Below are positions 16,563 to 25,287 of a stretch of DNA of 34,697 nt, one piece after another. The translations under genes and the position numbers were made by a program. This DNA comes from an uncultured Clostridia bacterium. Its GTDB lineage: Bacteria > Bacillota > Clostridia > Oscillospirales > Acutalibacteraceae. The DNA lies in NCBI GenBank assembly GCA_946626015.1, contig CAMOTT010000001.1, positions 1 through 34,697 of the forward strand, in the 5' to 3' direction. Within the stretch, counting starts at the first letter, position 1, and every line of letters begins with the position of its first letter. The notes under the pieces are model-generated. The model had not been told where the DNA came from, did no database searches, and was given only the letters and a program-made list of their open reading frames with translations.

Positions 16563-17693
16563 TCAATTATTTTTAAGCGACTTATATAACTCCAGAGTTT
16601 GATCTGTGATGTTGTTCCAATCGTATTTTTCCATAAGCTCGGCGCGCTTCTGCTGAACCTTTTCAGGGGAGCAGTCCTGCTTGAAGTCGCAGTCTTTCAG
16701 CTCGCTGTGGGCAAGGCAAAACTCCAGAGCTTTTTTAAGGGACTCCGCGTTGCCGTGCTCAAAGGAGTTGCCGTAACCCTCAAGGCAGTCTATGTTCTCC
16801 GGGATGTCGCTGACTATTACCCGGGCATCGTATCCCACAGCCTCAAGCAGGCTCATGGGCATACCCTCGATGTCGCTGGGCAGAACATAAACGTAACAGT
16901 TTGAGAACAGCTCCGAGAGGGTCTTGCCGCTGACAAAATCCGTAAAGATTATATTCTCGCAGCCTGCGGCTTTTTCCAGTACGGACTTTATGTAGTCCGT
17001 TTTCGGCTCTATGCTGCCTGCCACCACCAGCTTTTTGTCGGTGTCCAGAGCTTTGTAGGCCTCAATAAGGTAATCGAGCCCCTTTTCCGAGGTGATCCTT
17101 GCCAGGAACAGGATGTATCCGTCCTTATCCAGACCGAATTTGGTCTTGATCAGCTCCGGCTCCTCCCTTGTCACCGGGTTTATGCCGTTGGGGATGAACA
17201 CCGCTTCGCAGCCGTAGGTTTCCTTAAAATAATTTTTCACGTTCTGTGAGAGCACGATGACTTTATCCGCGTGTTTGGCCGCCATCTTCTCGCCAAACAT
17301 TATGTATTTTGAGGCAAAGCCGCCCCATTTGTTTCTCTGCCAGTCAAGGCCGTGGATAGTTGCCACCACCTTTTTGCCGAAGAGCTTCGCAAGGGGGATC
17401 ATAACACAGGGGCCCTCGGCGTGGTAATGCACCACGTCATATCGCCTGAAAACGCATCTCAGCGTGGCAAAGAAGGAGTACACCATGGCGTTAAGGGATT
17501 GTTTCTTGAAGGTTCTGACCTCAACGATCTTTGCGCCTTCGTACTCTTTGAGCCGCTCCTCGCCGCAGTAGCGGTTGTAGACAACGACCGCATGACCTTT
17601 TTCCGCCATTCTTTTTGACAGTTCTTCCACCACGACCTCAATGCCGCCGCTTCTGGATGGTATTCTTTTGTGTCCGATCATTGCAATTTTCAT
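16563..17693 (-). CDS. Glycosyltransferase, GT4 family (first gene of the minus-strand operon)
   Basis: N-terminus MKIAMIGHKRIPSRSGGIEVVVEELSKRM (a DUF1972-like start as I recall it; unverified). C-terminal E-x7-E motif EGMPMSLLE. RBS GGAG. Confidence 0.85.
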   Translation of the reverse strand: MKIAMIGHKRIPSRSGGIEVVVEELSKRMAEKGHAVVVYNRYCGEERLKEYEGAKIVEVRTFKKQSLNAMVYSFFATLRCVFRRYDVVHYHAEGPCVMIPLAKLFGKKVVATIHGLDWQRNKWGGFASKYIMFGEKMAAKHADKVIVLSQNVKNYFKETYGCEAVFIPNGINPVTREEPELIKTKFGLDKDGYILFLARITSEKGLDYLIEAYKALDTDKKLVVAGSIEPKTDYIKSVLEKAAGCENIIFTDFVSGKTLSELFSNCYVYVLPSDIEGMPMSLLEAVGYDARVIVSDIPENIDCLEGYGNSFEHGNAESLKKALEFCLAHSELKDCDFKQDCSPEKVQQKRAELMEKYDWNNITDQTLELYKSLKNN

Positions 17694-17762
17694 AAAACAA
17701 GCTCCGGATTTCTGAAAATTTCAAAATAAGTATAGTTTGCCTTTTTTCACATAGATAATGTA

Positions 17763-17791
17763 ATAATAACATATTAGTGTACAAAAATCAA
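17763..17791 (-). promoter_or_regulatory. Candidate sigma-A promoter for the polysaccharide operon
   Basis: Read on the minus strand: TTGATT (17786-17791), 17 nt, TATTAT (17763-17768), preceded by TGn (extended -10). About 70 nt upstream of ATG 17693. Confidence 0.5.
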
Positions 17792-17796
17792 CATAA

Positions 17797-17817
17797 TTTG
17801 ATGATTAGATCATCAAA
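17797..17817. promoter_or_regulatory. Inverted repeat (candidate operator or 5'-UTR hairpin) in the divergent control region
   Basis: TTTGATGAT-tag-ATCATCAAA: perfect 9-bp arms with a 3-nt spacer. It ends 10 nt before the GGAGGAAA RBS of the FrhB-like gene and starts 6 nt beyond the -35 box of the divergent operon promoter. Confidence 0.4.
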
Positions 17818-17836
17818 TCGTGTTTTTGGAGGAAAC

Positions 17837-19036
17837 ATGAAAGATTTTATCAAAATTGAAAACCCCAAAAGCTGCTGCGGCTGCGGAGCCTGTGTCAGCG
17901 TCTGCCCCCGCGACGCCGTCGCAATGAAGGAGGATGAAGCCGGTTTCATTTACCCAAGCGTGGACGAAGCCCTGTGCGTAAAGTGCGGAAAATGCGCGGA
18001 GGTCTGCGTGTTTACCCAAAAAAACAAGGGAGCCAACGGCGACCCGGCTGTATATGCCGCCGCCACAGAAGACAAAGACGTGCTGCTGGAATCCTCCTCC
18101 GGGGGGATATTCACCGAGTTAGCCAATGCCGTCCTCGACAAGGGCGGAACGGTGTTCGGCGCCGCGTGGACAAATGAAATGTCAGTGTCTCACATCCCTG
18201 TTGAATCCAAAGCGGAGCTTGAAAAGCTCAGGGGCTCAAAATATGTGCAAAGCGTCACGGGCGACACCTTCCGTCAGGCTAAAAAGCTTTTGGAGGGCGG
18301 CAGATACGTCTGCTTCTCCGGCACTCCCTGCCAGATAGCAGGACTGAAAGCATACCTTGGCCGGGATTACGAAAAGCTCCTTACCATAGATATAATATGC
18401 CACGGCGTGCCGAGTATGAAAATGCTCCGGGACGATCTTGCCTATGTTTACGGCGGCGATCTTTCTGAAATAGACAGAATAAAGTTCAGAGATAAGCGCT
18501 ACGGCTGGGGCACAAAGGGTTCCATTTTATCCGGCTCATCAAGAACAAAATATGATCCGGGCACATCGCCATATTATTTCTACTTTCTCAAGGGCGAGGT
18601 CTACCGTGAAAGCTGCTATAATTGCAGATTTCCCTCCGAGGGGCGGCAGGGTGATATCACCCTGGGCGACTACTGGGGGATACGGCAGGAGCTTATAAAG
18701 CTTATGGGCGAAGCGGATCCGGACAAGGGTATCTCCTGCGTGCTGGTCAACACCGGGAAGGGCGCCCAATGGTTCAAGTCCATAGAGAACAACTTGCATC
18801 TGACCCTTTCCGACAGAAAAAGCGTGGAAAAGCACAACAAACAGTTGACCGCCCCCAGCGCCCCCCTGCCCGAGCACCGGGAGCTGCTGGAGGGCTACCT
18901 GAAAAACGGTTATTCCGCTTTCAGGGAGGGCTACAAAAAGCATTTTAAGGATCACGTCATACGCACCGCAAAAAATATGATCCCCCCAAAGGTCAAGCGC
19001 GGCCTGAACGACTTTTTGAGCAAGGTCAAGGGCTGA
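17837..19036 (+). CDS. FrhB-family (coenzyme F420 hydrogenase/dehydrogenase beta-like) Fe-S flavoprotein
   Basis: N-terminal 2x[4Fe-4S] ferredoxin motifs CCGCGACVSVCP and CVKCGKCAEVC, followed by an FrhB-like body (SSSGGIFTELA, GTPCQIAGLK, ICHGVPS). Start at ATG 17837 with RBS GGAGGAAA; the track start is 17777. Confidence 0.75.
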   Translation: MKDFIKIENPKSCCGCGACVSVCPRDAVAMKEDEAGFIYPSVDEALCVKCGKCAEVCVFTQKNKGANGDPAVYAAATEDKDVLLESSSGGIFTELANAVLDKGGTVFGAAWTNEMSVSHIPVESKAELEKLRGSKYVQSVTGDTFRQAKKLLEGGRYVCFSGTPCQIAGLKAYLGRDYEKLLTIDIICHGVPSMKMLRDDLAYVYGGDLSEIDRIKFRDKRYGWGTKGSILSGSSRTKYDPGTSPYYFYFLKGEVYRESCYNCRFPSEGRQGDITLGDYWGIRQELIKLMGEADPDKGISCVLVNTGKGAQWFKSIENNLHLTLSDRKSVEKHNKQLTAPSAPLPEHRELLEGYLKNGYSAFREGYKKHFKDHVIRTAKNMIPPKVKRGLNDFLSKVKG

Positions 19037-19113
19037 GCAGATTTCGATTTTGAATTTTTACGCGGTAAAGGAAGCCATTGCCGGATTTGGGGAATAAAAG
19101 GGCGGAAAAGACG

Positions 19114-19150
19114 TTAAGGAGGCGGCAGATGCCGCCTCCTTAAGATTTAG
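19114..19150 (+). terminator. Intrinsic terminator after the FrhB-like gene
   Basis: Perfect 13-bp stem TTAAGGAGGCGGC-agat-GCCGCCTCCTTAA (19114-19143), followed by a T-rich but interrupted tract GATTTAGTTGTT. Confidence 0.7.
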
Positions 19151-19231
19151 TTGTTCACGTATTTTGGCAGGATAAAACATTTCAGCCCGGGTAATCATAT
19201 TTATTTAAGGTCGTTTTTATTAAGTTTTTTA

Positions 19232-19260
19232 TTGAATTACTTTCTTCTATATGTTAGAAT
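19232..19260 (+). promoter_or_regulatory. Sigma-A promoter for the HAD-mfd-pgm operon
   Basis: TTGAAT (19232-19237), 17 nt, TAGAAT (19255-19260), with TGn extended -10 (atgtTAGAAT). Confidence 0.6.
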
Positions 19261-19312
19261 GATAAACTGTAATAATATCTTTACCACTAAGCAGATGACA
19301 GGTGACATATAT

Positions 19313-19933
19313 ATGACACAGAAGAACATAGTTTTTGATATGGGCGGCGTGCTGATAGAATTCGATCCCGAGAAGCTCCTTGCCGCGAATTTTGAGCCGG
19401 AATATCTCCCGGCGGTGCGCCGGCTGCTTTTCGGCAGCGATATCTGGCGCGATTTCGACCGGGGGCTTGCGGATGAAAAGGAGACCGCGGCGAAGGTCTG
19501 CGCAGTGCTCCCCGAAGATCTTCACGGCAGGGTATATGAGATGTTCCAAAACCTTTGCGAGCAGCTGCCCCCCTATGAGGATATGTACGAATTTCTCAAG
19601 GAGTTAAAAGCTCAGGGCTACAAGCTCTATCTCTTATCCAACGCGGCTCAGCAGTTCTATGACAAGCGGGATCAGATCCCGGCCATGGGTCTGCTGGACG
19701 GCATCTTCTTCTCCTATATGTGTCACTGCATAAAACCGGAAAAAGAGATCTACCGGCTGTTTTTTGAAAGGTTCCGTCTTAAACCGGAGGATTGTTTTTT
19801 CATTGACGATCAGCAAAGGAACATTGACGGCGCCGCAGCCATGGGAATGGACGGCTACTGCTTTGCCGACCACGATATAACCAAGCTCAGAGAGGTAATC
19901 AAAGCTAAATGTCCTGTTTTACCGAAAAACTGA
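19313..19933 (+). CDS. HAD-IA family phosphatase (YihX-like motif I)
   Basis: Motif I FDMGGVLIEFD (compare E. coli YihX FDLGNVIV), and motif IV FIDDQQRNIDGA. Start at ATG 19313 (AGGTGA 8 nt upstream); the track's upstream extension is AT-rich and spans the promoter. The 3' end overlaps mfd by 25 nt. Confidence 0.8.
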   Translation: MTQKNIVFDMGGVLIEFDPEKLLAANFEPEYLPAVRRLLFGSDIWRDFDRGLADEKETAAKVCAVLPEDLHGRVYEMFQNLCEQLPPYEDMYEFLKELKAQGYKLYLLSNAAQQFYDKRDQIPAMGLLDGIFFSYMCHCIKPEKEIYRLFFERFRLKPEDCFFIDDQQRNIDGAAAMGMDGYCFADHDITKLREVIKAKCPVLPKN

Positions 19934-22900
19934 AAACCGCCCCGGAGTATTCCACCGTGCTCAAGGGCATATTTTCCGGCCGCCTGCCCATGGGCGTGCT
20001 GGGGCTTTCTCATATCCATAAGGCGAATTTCACCGCCGCCCTTTGCGAGGATACAGGCAAATCGGCTCTTGTTATTACCCCGGACGAATCTCAAGCCACA
20101 AGACTTGTGCAGGATCTCACCGCCATGGGGGTGACCTGCGCTGTGTACCCTGCCCGTGATTTTGTTTTTCGCACAACGGAGGGGCACTCCCGGGAATACG
20201 AGCACATAAGGCTGGGCATCCTTTCCCATATGTCGGACGGGGATTACGACGTTGTTGTTGCCTCCGTTGAGGCGGCAATGCAGCTGACCATGCCCATCGA
20301 GGAGCTTGACCGCCACAGCTTTACAATAACCGCCGGGGATGAGGTCAAAATAGACGTCCTTTCGCACAGGCTCATTGCCGCCGGGTATTCCAGAGCCCAG
20401 CAGGTGGACGGCGTGGGTCAGTTTGCCGTAAGGGGCGGAATAATCGATATTTTCTCCCCCAACCGTCCCAAACCGTCAAGGATAGAGCTCTGGGGAGATA
20501 CCGTTGACAGCATCGCGGATTTTGACCTTGCCAGCCAGAGGCGGACAGAAAACCTCCAAAGCCTTCGGATCATTCCTGCGGCGGAGGTGATCTTTGACGA
20601 TGGCAGTCTTTCGGACTTTTTGGAGAATTTTTATCTGACGATAAAAGGCAAGGGCTCCGTCAAGGCAAAGAGCGTCCTCCGGGATGAAATAGAAAAAATA
20701 AACTCGGGCATGACCCTTTCCTCGCTGGACAGATTTATGCCCCTGATATACAAAAGGCCTTCCACACTTTTTGATTATATTTCCGGCGGTATGCTACTCG
20801 TCAGCGAGAGCTTTTCCGTCAGCGAGAGGGCAAAGGCCTGCGAGGAGCTTTTGTACGAGGATATAAAACTGCTCCTTGAGGAGGGCTTTATCACCCGCGG
20901 CCTTGACCGCTTTGCCCTCACCAGAAACGAGCTTATAGATATTTACAATTCCGTCGGAGCGGTTTACCTTGACAACCTCACCCGGGGCAGCTTTGACACC
21001 CCGGTGAAGGAGCTTGTAACCGTGACCGCCCGTCAGATCTCCCCCTGGAACGGCTCCTTTGCCCTGCTGCTGGATGATCTTTCCTCCTACAAGGGCAAAG
21101 GCGATTGGACAATAGCCATCACCGCAGGCACCGAGAAGGCGGCCTCCGCCCTGAGCTCCGACCTTGTGGCCGAGGGCTTTAACAGTATGTTCCTGCCCGT
21201 TATGCCAAAGAACCTGCCTGCCGGTATAATCTGCATCCTGCCGGGCACCCTCTCCTCAGGTTACGAATACCCCAACCAGCGGTTCACCGTTATGACCTAT
21301 GGGGCAAGGTACGCCATGCCCTCCCGCCAAAAGAAGAAAAGCGTCAGCAAAAAGAACGCCTTCAACAGTCTGGAGGAGCTTCACAAGGGGGATTATATCG
21401 TCCACACCATCCACGGCATCGGCATTTTTGACGGCATAACAAAGCTGGAGGCCGGGGGCACAGTTAAAGACTACATCAAGATAAAATACAGCAAGGGCGA
21501 TATCCTTTACCTCCCCGTAGCGCAGCTGGATCAGGTCTCAAAATACATCGGCCCCAACAGCAACGGCACGGTCAAGCTCAACCGGCTGGGTGGCAAAGAG
21601 TGGCAAAAGACCAAAAACAAGGTAAGCTCCGCCGTCCGTGATATGGCGCAGGAGCTTATCACCCTGTATTCTCGCCGTATGGCTCTGAGCGGCCATGCCT
21701 TCTCCCCGGATATCGATATGCAAAGCGACTTTGAGCGCCGTTTTGAGTTTGACGAGACCGAAGATCAGCTCCGCTGCATAAACGAGGTCAAGGCGGACAT
21801 GGAAAAGCCCTGCCCCATGGACAGACTGCTCTGCGGGGACGTGGGCTTCGGCAAAACGGAGGTGGCTCTGCGCGGCGCCTTCAAATGTGTGGCGGACGGC
21901 AAGCAGTGCGCCGTTCTGGTACCCACTACAATACTTGCCCTTCAGCACTACCAGACAATCAAGCGCAGGTTTGAGGGCTTCCCCATCGAGGCGGCAATGC
22001 TCTCCCGTTTCAGCTCCGCAAAGGAGATAACCTCCACAATAGAGGCTCTGCGCAGGGGCACGGTTGATATCGTCGTGGGCACCCACAGGATGATCTCAAA
22101 GGACGTCAAGTTCAAAGACCTTGGTCTTATAATAATAGATGAGGAGCAGCGTTTCGGCGTGGCTCAAAAAGAAAAGCTCAAGGAGCTCTACCCCACGGTG
22201 GACGTGCTCACAATGACCGCCACGCCCATACCCAGGACGCTCAATATGTCCATGTCCGGCATAAGGGATATGTCTGTGCTGGAGGAGGCTCCCCAGGACA
22301 GACGCCCCGTCCAGACCTACGTCATAGAGCACGATATGGAGGTCCTGGTTCAGGCAATGACGGCGGAGCTCCGCCGAGGCGGCCAGGTCTACTACCTGCA
22401 CAACAAGGTGGACTCCATCGAACACTGCGCAGCTCAGATAAAAGAGCTTCTGCCTGATGCAAGGGTGGCCATCGCCCACGGTCAGATGCACGAGGATAAA
22501 CTCAGCGAGATCTGGCGGAGCCTGCTGGAGGGCGAGATAGATATACTTGTCTGCACCACCATAATTGAAACAGGCATAGATGTGCCCAATGTGAACACTC
22601 TTATAATAGAAGATGCGGACAAATTAGGCCTTGCCCAGCTACATCAGATAAGAGGCCGGGTGGGGCGCTCCGCAAGGCGGGCAAACGCCTACCTGACTTT
22701 TAAAAAGAACAAGGAGCTTTCCGAAATAGCGACACGAAGGCTGGAAGCGATCAGGGAATACACGGAATTCGGCTCCGGCTTCAAGATCGCCATGCAGGAT
22801 ATGGAGCTGCGCGGCGCGGGCAACCTTTTGGGCGCCCAGCAGCACGGCCACATGGAGGCAGTGGGCTACGATATGTATATGAAGCTCCTTCAGCAGGCCA

Positions 22901-23385
22901 TAAGCGAGGAAAAAGGCGAGCCTGTTGAAACCGGCTCGGAGAAGGAATGTCTCATCGACCTGCCCATTGACGCCTATATCCCCCCTGAATACATCTCCAG
23001 CGTTCCACACAAGATCAGTATGTACCGGCGCATTGCGGATATCCGCACCCGGGAGGATGCGGAGGACGTTATCGACGAGCTTGTGGACAGGTTCGGGGAG
23101 CCGCCGGAGAGCGTACTGGGGCTTATCACCGTCTCCCTGCTCCGTGGTATCGCCATCCGCCACGGTATTTATGAGATCGGCAAAAAGGCCGACAGGCTGG
23201 CTCTTTATATAGACGATCTTGATATGAAGAAAATAACCCTGCTCGCACAAAAGCTGCCGGGCAGAATATCCGTCAACGCAAGCGGCAAGCCCCATATCGC
23301 GGTAACGGTACGAGGCGGCGAAAATCAGCTTGAACTGCTTAAAAAGGTATTTGATTATCTGGATGAAAATTCCATTGAGACCTGA
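19909..23385 (+). CDS. mfd: Transcription-repair coupling factor Mfd
   Basis: 1158 aa. UvrB-homology N-terminus, an RNAP-interaction (CarD-like) region (GDYIVHTIHGIGIF), superfamily-2 helicase motifs (GDVGFGKTEVA, IIDEEQRFG, MTATPIPRT, QLHQIRGRVGRS) and a TRCF C-terminal domain. Confidence 0.97.
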   Translation: MSCFTEKLKTAPEYSTVLKGIFSGRLPMGVLGLSHIHKANFTAALCEDTGKSALVITPDESQATRLVQDLTAMGVTCAVYPARDFVFRTTEGHSREYEHIRLGILSHMSDGDYDVVVASVEAAMQLTMPIEELDRHSFTITAGDEVKIDVLSHRLIAAGYSRAQQVDGVGQFAVRGGIIDIFSPNRPKPSRIELWGDTVDSIADFDLASQRRTENLQSLRIIPAAEVIFDDGSLSDFLENFYLTIKGKGSVKAKSVLRDEIEKINSGMTLSSLDRFMPLIYKRPSTLFDYISGGMLLVSESFSVSERAKACEELLYEDIKLLLEEGFITRGLDRFALTRNELIDIYNSVGAVYLDNLTRGSFDTPVKELVTVTARQISPWNGSFALLLDDLSSYKGKGDWTIAITAGTEKAASALSSDLVAEGFNSMFLPVMPKNLPAGIICILPGTLSSGYEYPNQRFTVMTYGARYAMPSRQKKKSVSKKNAFNSLEELHKGDYIVHTIHGIGIFDGITKLEAGGTVKDYIKIKYSKGDILYLPVAQLDQVSKYIGPNSNGTVKLNRLGGKEWQKTKNKVSSAVRDMAQELITLYSRRMALSGHAFSPDIDMQSDFERRFEFDETEDQLRCINEVKADMEKPCPMDRLLCGDVGFGKTEVALRGAFKCVADGKQCAVLVPTTILALQHYQTIKRRFEGFPIEAAMLSRFSSAKEITSTIEALRRGTVDIVVGTHRMISKDVKFKDLGLIIIDEEQRFGVAQKEKLKELYPTVDVLTMTATPIPRTLNMSMSGIRDMSVLEEAPQDRRPVQTYVIEHDMEVLVQAMTAELRRGGQVYYLHNKVDSIEHCAAQIKELLPDARVAIAHGQMHEDKLSEIWRSLLEGEIDILVCTTIIETGIDVPNVNTLIIEDADKLGLAQLHQIRGRVGRSARRANAYLTFKKNKELSEIATRRLEAIREYTEFGSGFKIAMQDMELRGAGNLLGAQQHGHMEAVGYDMYMKLLQQAISEEKGEPVETGSEKECLIDLPIDAYIPPEYISSVPHKISMYRRIADIRTREDAEDVIDELVDRFGEPPESVLGLITVSLLRGIAIRHGIYEIGKKADRLALYIDDLDMKKITLLAQKLPGRISVNASGKPHIAVTVRGGENQLELLKKVFDYLDENSIET

Positions 23386-23402
23386 CAGAAAGGAATGTTT
23401 TT

Positions 23403-25124
23403 ATGAACAATGTAAAGGAGCTTTATGACCTTTGGCTCAACAACACCGGGAACAACCGGGATATCTACGATGAACTTCTGAGCATAAAGGGCAAGGACGA
23501 GGAGATAACAGACCGTTTCTACCGAAACCTTGAATTCGGCACAGCCGGTCTCAGGGGCGTGCTGGGAGCCGGAACAAACCGCCTTAACTCCTACACGGTC
23601 AATCAGGCAACACAGGGGCTTGCCACCTACCTTAACAGCGAATTCAAAACCCCCTCCGTCGCCATCGCCTACGACTCCAGAATAAACTCGGACGTTTTTG
23701 CCATAGGCTCCGCCTGTGTGCTCGCGGCAAACGGGATAAAGACCTATCTTTACCCCGAGCTTGTACCCACGCCCATGCTTTCCTTTGCCGTCAGAGAGTT
23801 GAAGTGCAGCGCCGGTATAAATATCACCGCCAGCCACAATCCGGCAAAATACAACGGCTACAAGTGCTACGACGCCAACGGCTACCAGATAACCGACGAG
23901 GCCGCCGCAAAGATCTACGGCTTTATTCAGGATACTGATATCTTCAAGGATATAAAGCTCGCGGATTTTGACAAGGCTCTGGCCGAAGGCATGATAGAAT
24001 ACATCGGCAAAGAGGTCTACGAAAAATTCTACTCCGCGGTGATCAGCAGGCTTGTCAACCCGGAGGTTTGCAAAACCGGCGGTCTTAAGATAATCTACAC
24101 GCCCCTCAACGGCACGGGTAATATCCCCGTAAGGGAGGTGTTGAGCAGGATCGGCTTCAAGGATGTAAAAGTGGTGCCCGAACAGGAGCTGCCCGACGGC
24201 AACTTCCCCACCTGTCCCTTCCCCAACCCGGAGATACGTCAGGCCTTTGAGCGCGCCATAAAACTGGCGGAAAACGACAGAGCGGATCTGCTCCTTGCCA
24301 CCGACCCGGACTGCGACAGAGTGGGCATCGCCGTGCCGGACAAGGGCGAATACAAGCTCCTCACAGGCAACGAGGTGGGCGCCCTGCTCACCGAATACCT
24401 TCTTTCCTGCCGCAAGGCCAACAATACCCTGCCAAAAAACGGAGTTATCCTTAAATCCTTTGTTACCACCAAACTCATCGACGCCATTGCAAAGGATTAC
24501 AACTGCGCCGTTGTAAACCTGCTCACCGGATTTAAATATATCGGCGAATATATCACAAAGCTGGAGCAGGCAGGCGAAGCTGACAGATTTATACTGGGCA
24601 CGGAGGAGAGCTACGGCTACCTTTCCGGCACCCACGCCAGAGACAAGGACGCGGTTGTTGGCTCAATGCTCATCTGCGAAATGACCGCTTATTACAGATC
24701 GAAGGGCAAGACCCTGATACAGGTGCTTGACGAGCTGGCGAAGAAATACGGCGTTTACCTGAACACCCTGCTCAACTTCACCTTTGAGGGCGCCGACGGT
24801 ATGGAGCGCATGAAGCAGATCATGTCCAATCTGCGCAAAACAGTTCCGGCAAAGATCGCCGGCAAAGACATTGTTTCGGTTTCGGATTACAGCAGCAGCG
24901 AGACGCGGAACACAGCCACCGGCGAGGTAACACCCATAAATCTGCCAAAGTCCAACGTGGTGGAGTTCATTTTGTCAGACGGCAGCGGAGTTATCGTACG
25001 CCCCTCCGGCACCGAGCCTAAGATAAAGCTCTATATCACCTCGGTATCGGACAGCAAGGCTGCCGCCGCTGAAACCGCCGACAGCATCGGCGAAGAGATG
25101 AAAAAACTGATGGGTATTTGCTGA
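23403..25124 (+). CDS. pgcA: Phospho-sugar mutase (alpha-phosphoglucomutase, PgcA-like)
   Basis: 573 aa. Active-site loop TASHNPAKYNGYK, metal-binding loop TDPDCDRVG and sugar-binding GTEESYGY. Size and architecture resemble Firmicute PgcA. PGM versus PMM specificity is not provable from sequence. Confidence 0.85.
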   Translation: MNNVKELYDLWLNNTGNNRDIYDELLSIKGKDEEITDRFYRNLEFGTAGLRGVLGAGTNRLNSYTVNQATQGLATYLNSEFKTPSVAIAYDSRINSDVFAIGSACVLAANGIKTYLYPELVPTPMLSFAVRELKCSAGINITASHNPAKYNGYKCYDANGYQITDEAAAKIYGFIQDTDIFKDIKLADFDKALAEGMIEYIGKEVYEKFYSAVISRLVNPEVCKTGGLKIIYTPLNGTGNIPVREVLSRIGFKDVKVVPEQELPDGNFPTCPFPNPEIRQAFERAIKLAENDRADLLLATDPDCDRVGIAVPDKGEYKLLTGNEVGALLTEYLLSCRKANNTLPKNGVILKSFVTTKLIDAIAKDYNCAVVNLLTGFKYIGEYITKLEQAGEADRFILGTEESYGYLSGTHARDKDAVVGSMLICEMTAYYRSKGKTLIQVLDELAKKYGVYLNTLLNFTFEGADGMERMKQIMSNLRKTVPAKIAGKDIVSVSDYSSSETRNTATGEVTPINLPKSNVVEFILSDGSGVIVRPSGTEPKIKLYITSVSDSKAAAAETADSIGEEMKKLMGIC

Positions 25125-25140
25125 GGAAAGGAAAATCAAA

Positions 25141-25236
25141 ATGAACAGAAAAGTAGTCAGAGTTATAGCCTTGATAATGGCCATCCTTATGTTCGGCAGC
25201 GTTCTGACAGTTGCCCTCACGTCATTTTTGAAATGA
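25141..25236 (+). CDS. Candidate 31-aa single-pass membrane peptide
   Basis: Not in the ORF track. ATG at 25141 is preceded by GAGGAAAGGAAA and encodes MNRKVVRVIALIMAILMFGSVLTVALTSFLK, with a basic N-terminus followed by one TM helix. It sits 17 nt after pgcA and before the operon terminator. It resembles DUF4044-type small Firmicute proteins from memory (unverified). Confidence 0.45.
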   Translation: MNRKVVRVIALIMAILMFGSVLTVALTSFLK

Positions 25237-25287
25237 TAACCCCGGCCGGGTTTTAAGGGTATCTGCCATTGACCCAATAATAAAATC

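Noticed and set aside
2334-19312. Mobile-element boundaries (integrase, transposase, tRNA target or direct repeats) flanking the low-GC polysaccharide island; the same was considered for the 31710-34530 cassette
   Set aside because: No recombinase-like ORF, tRNA gene or flanking direct repeat could be found by eye at either edge. The composition shift alone supports horizontal exchange but not a defined mobile element.
23355-24635. 426-aa ORF on the minus strand, antisense to the phosphoglucomutase gene
   Set aside because: It lies entirely within a well-supported plus-strand gene with diagnostic motifs. Its sequence is Gly/Val/Ala-rich and low in information, as expected for the antisense frame of a GC-rich gene. 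There is no RBS and no recognisable domain.
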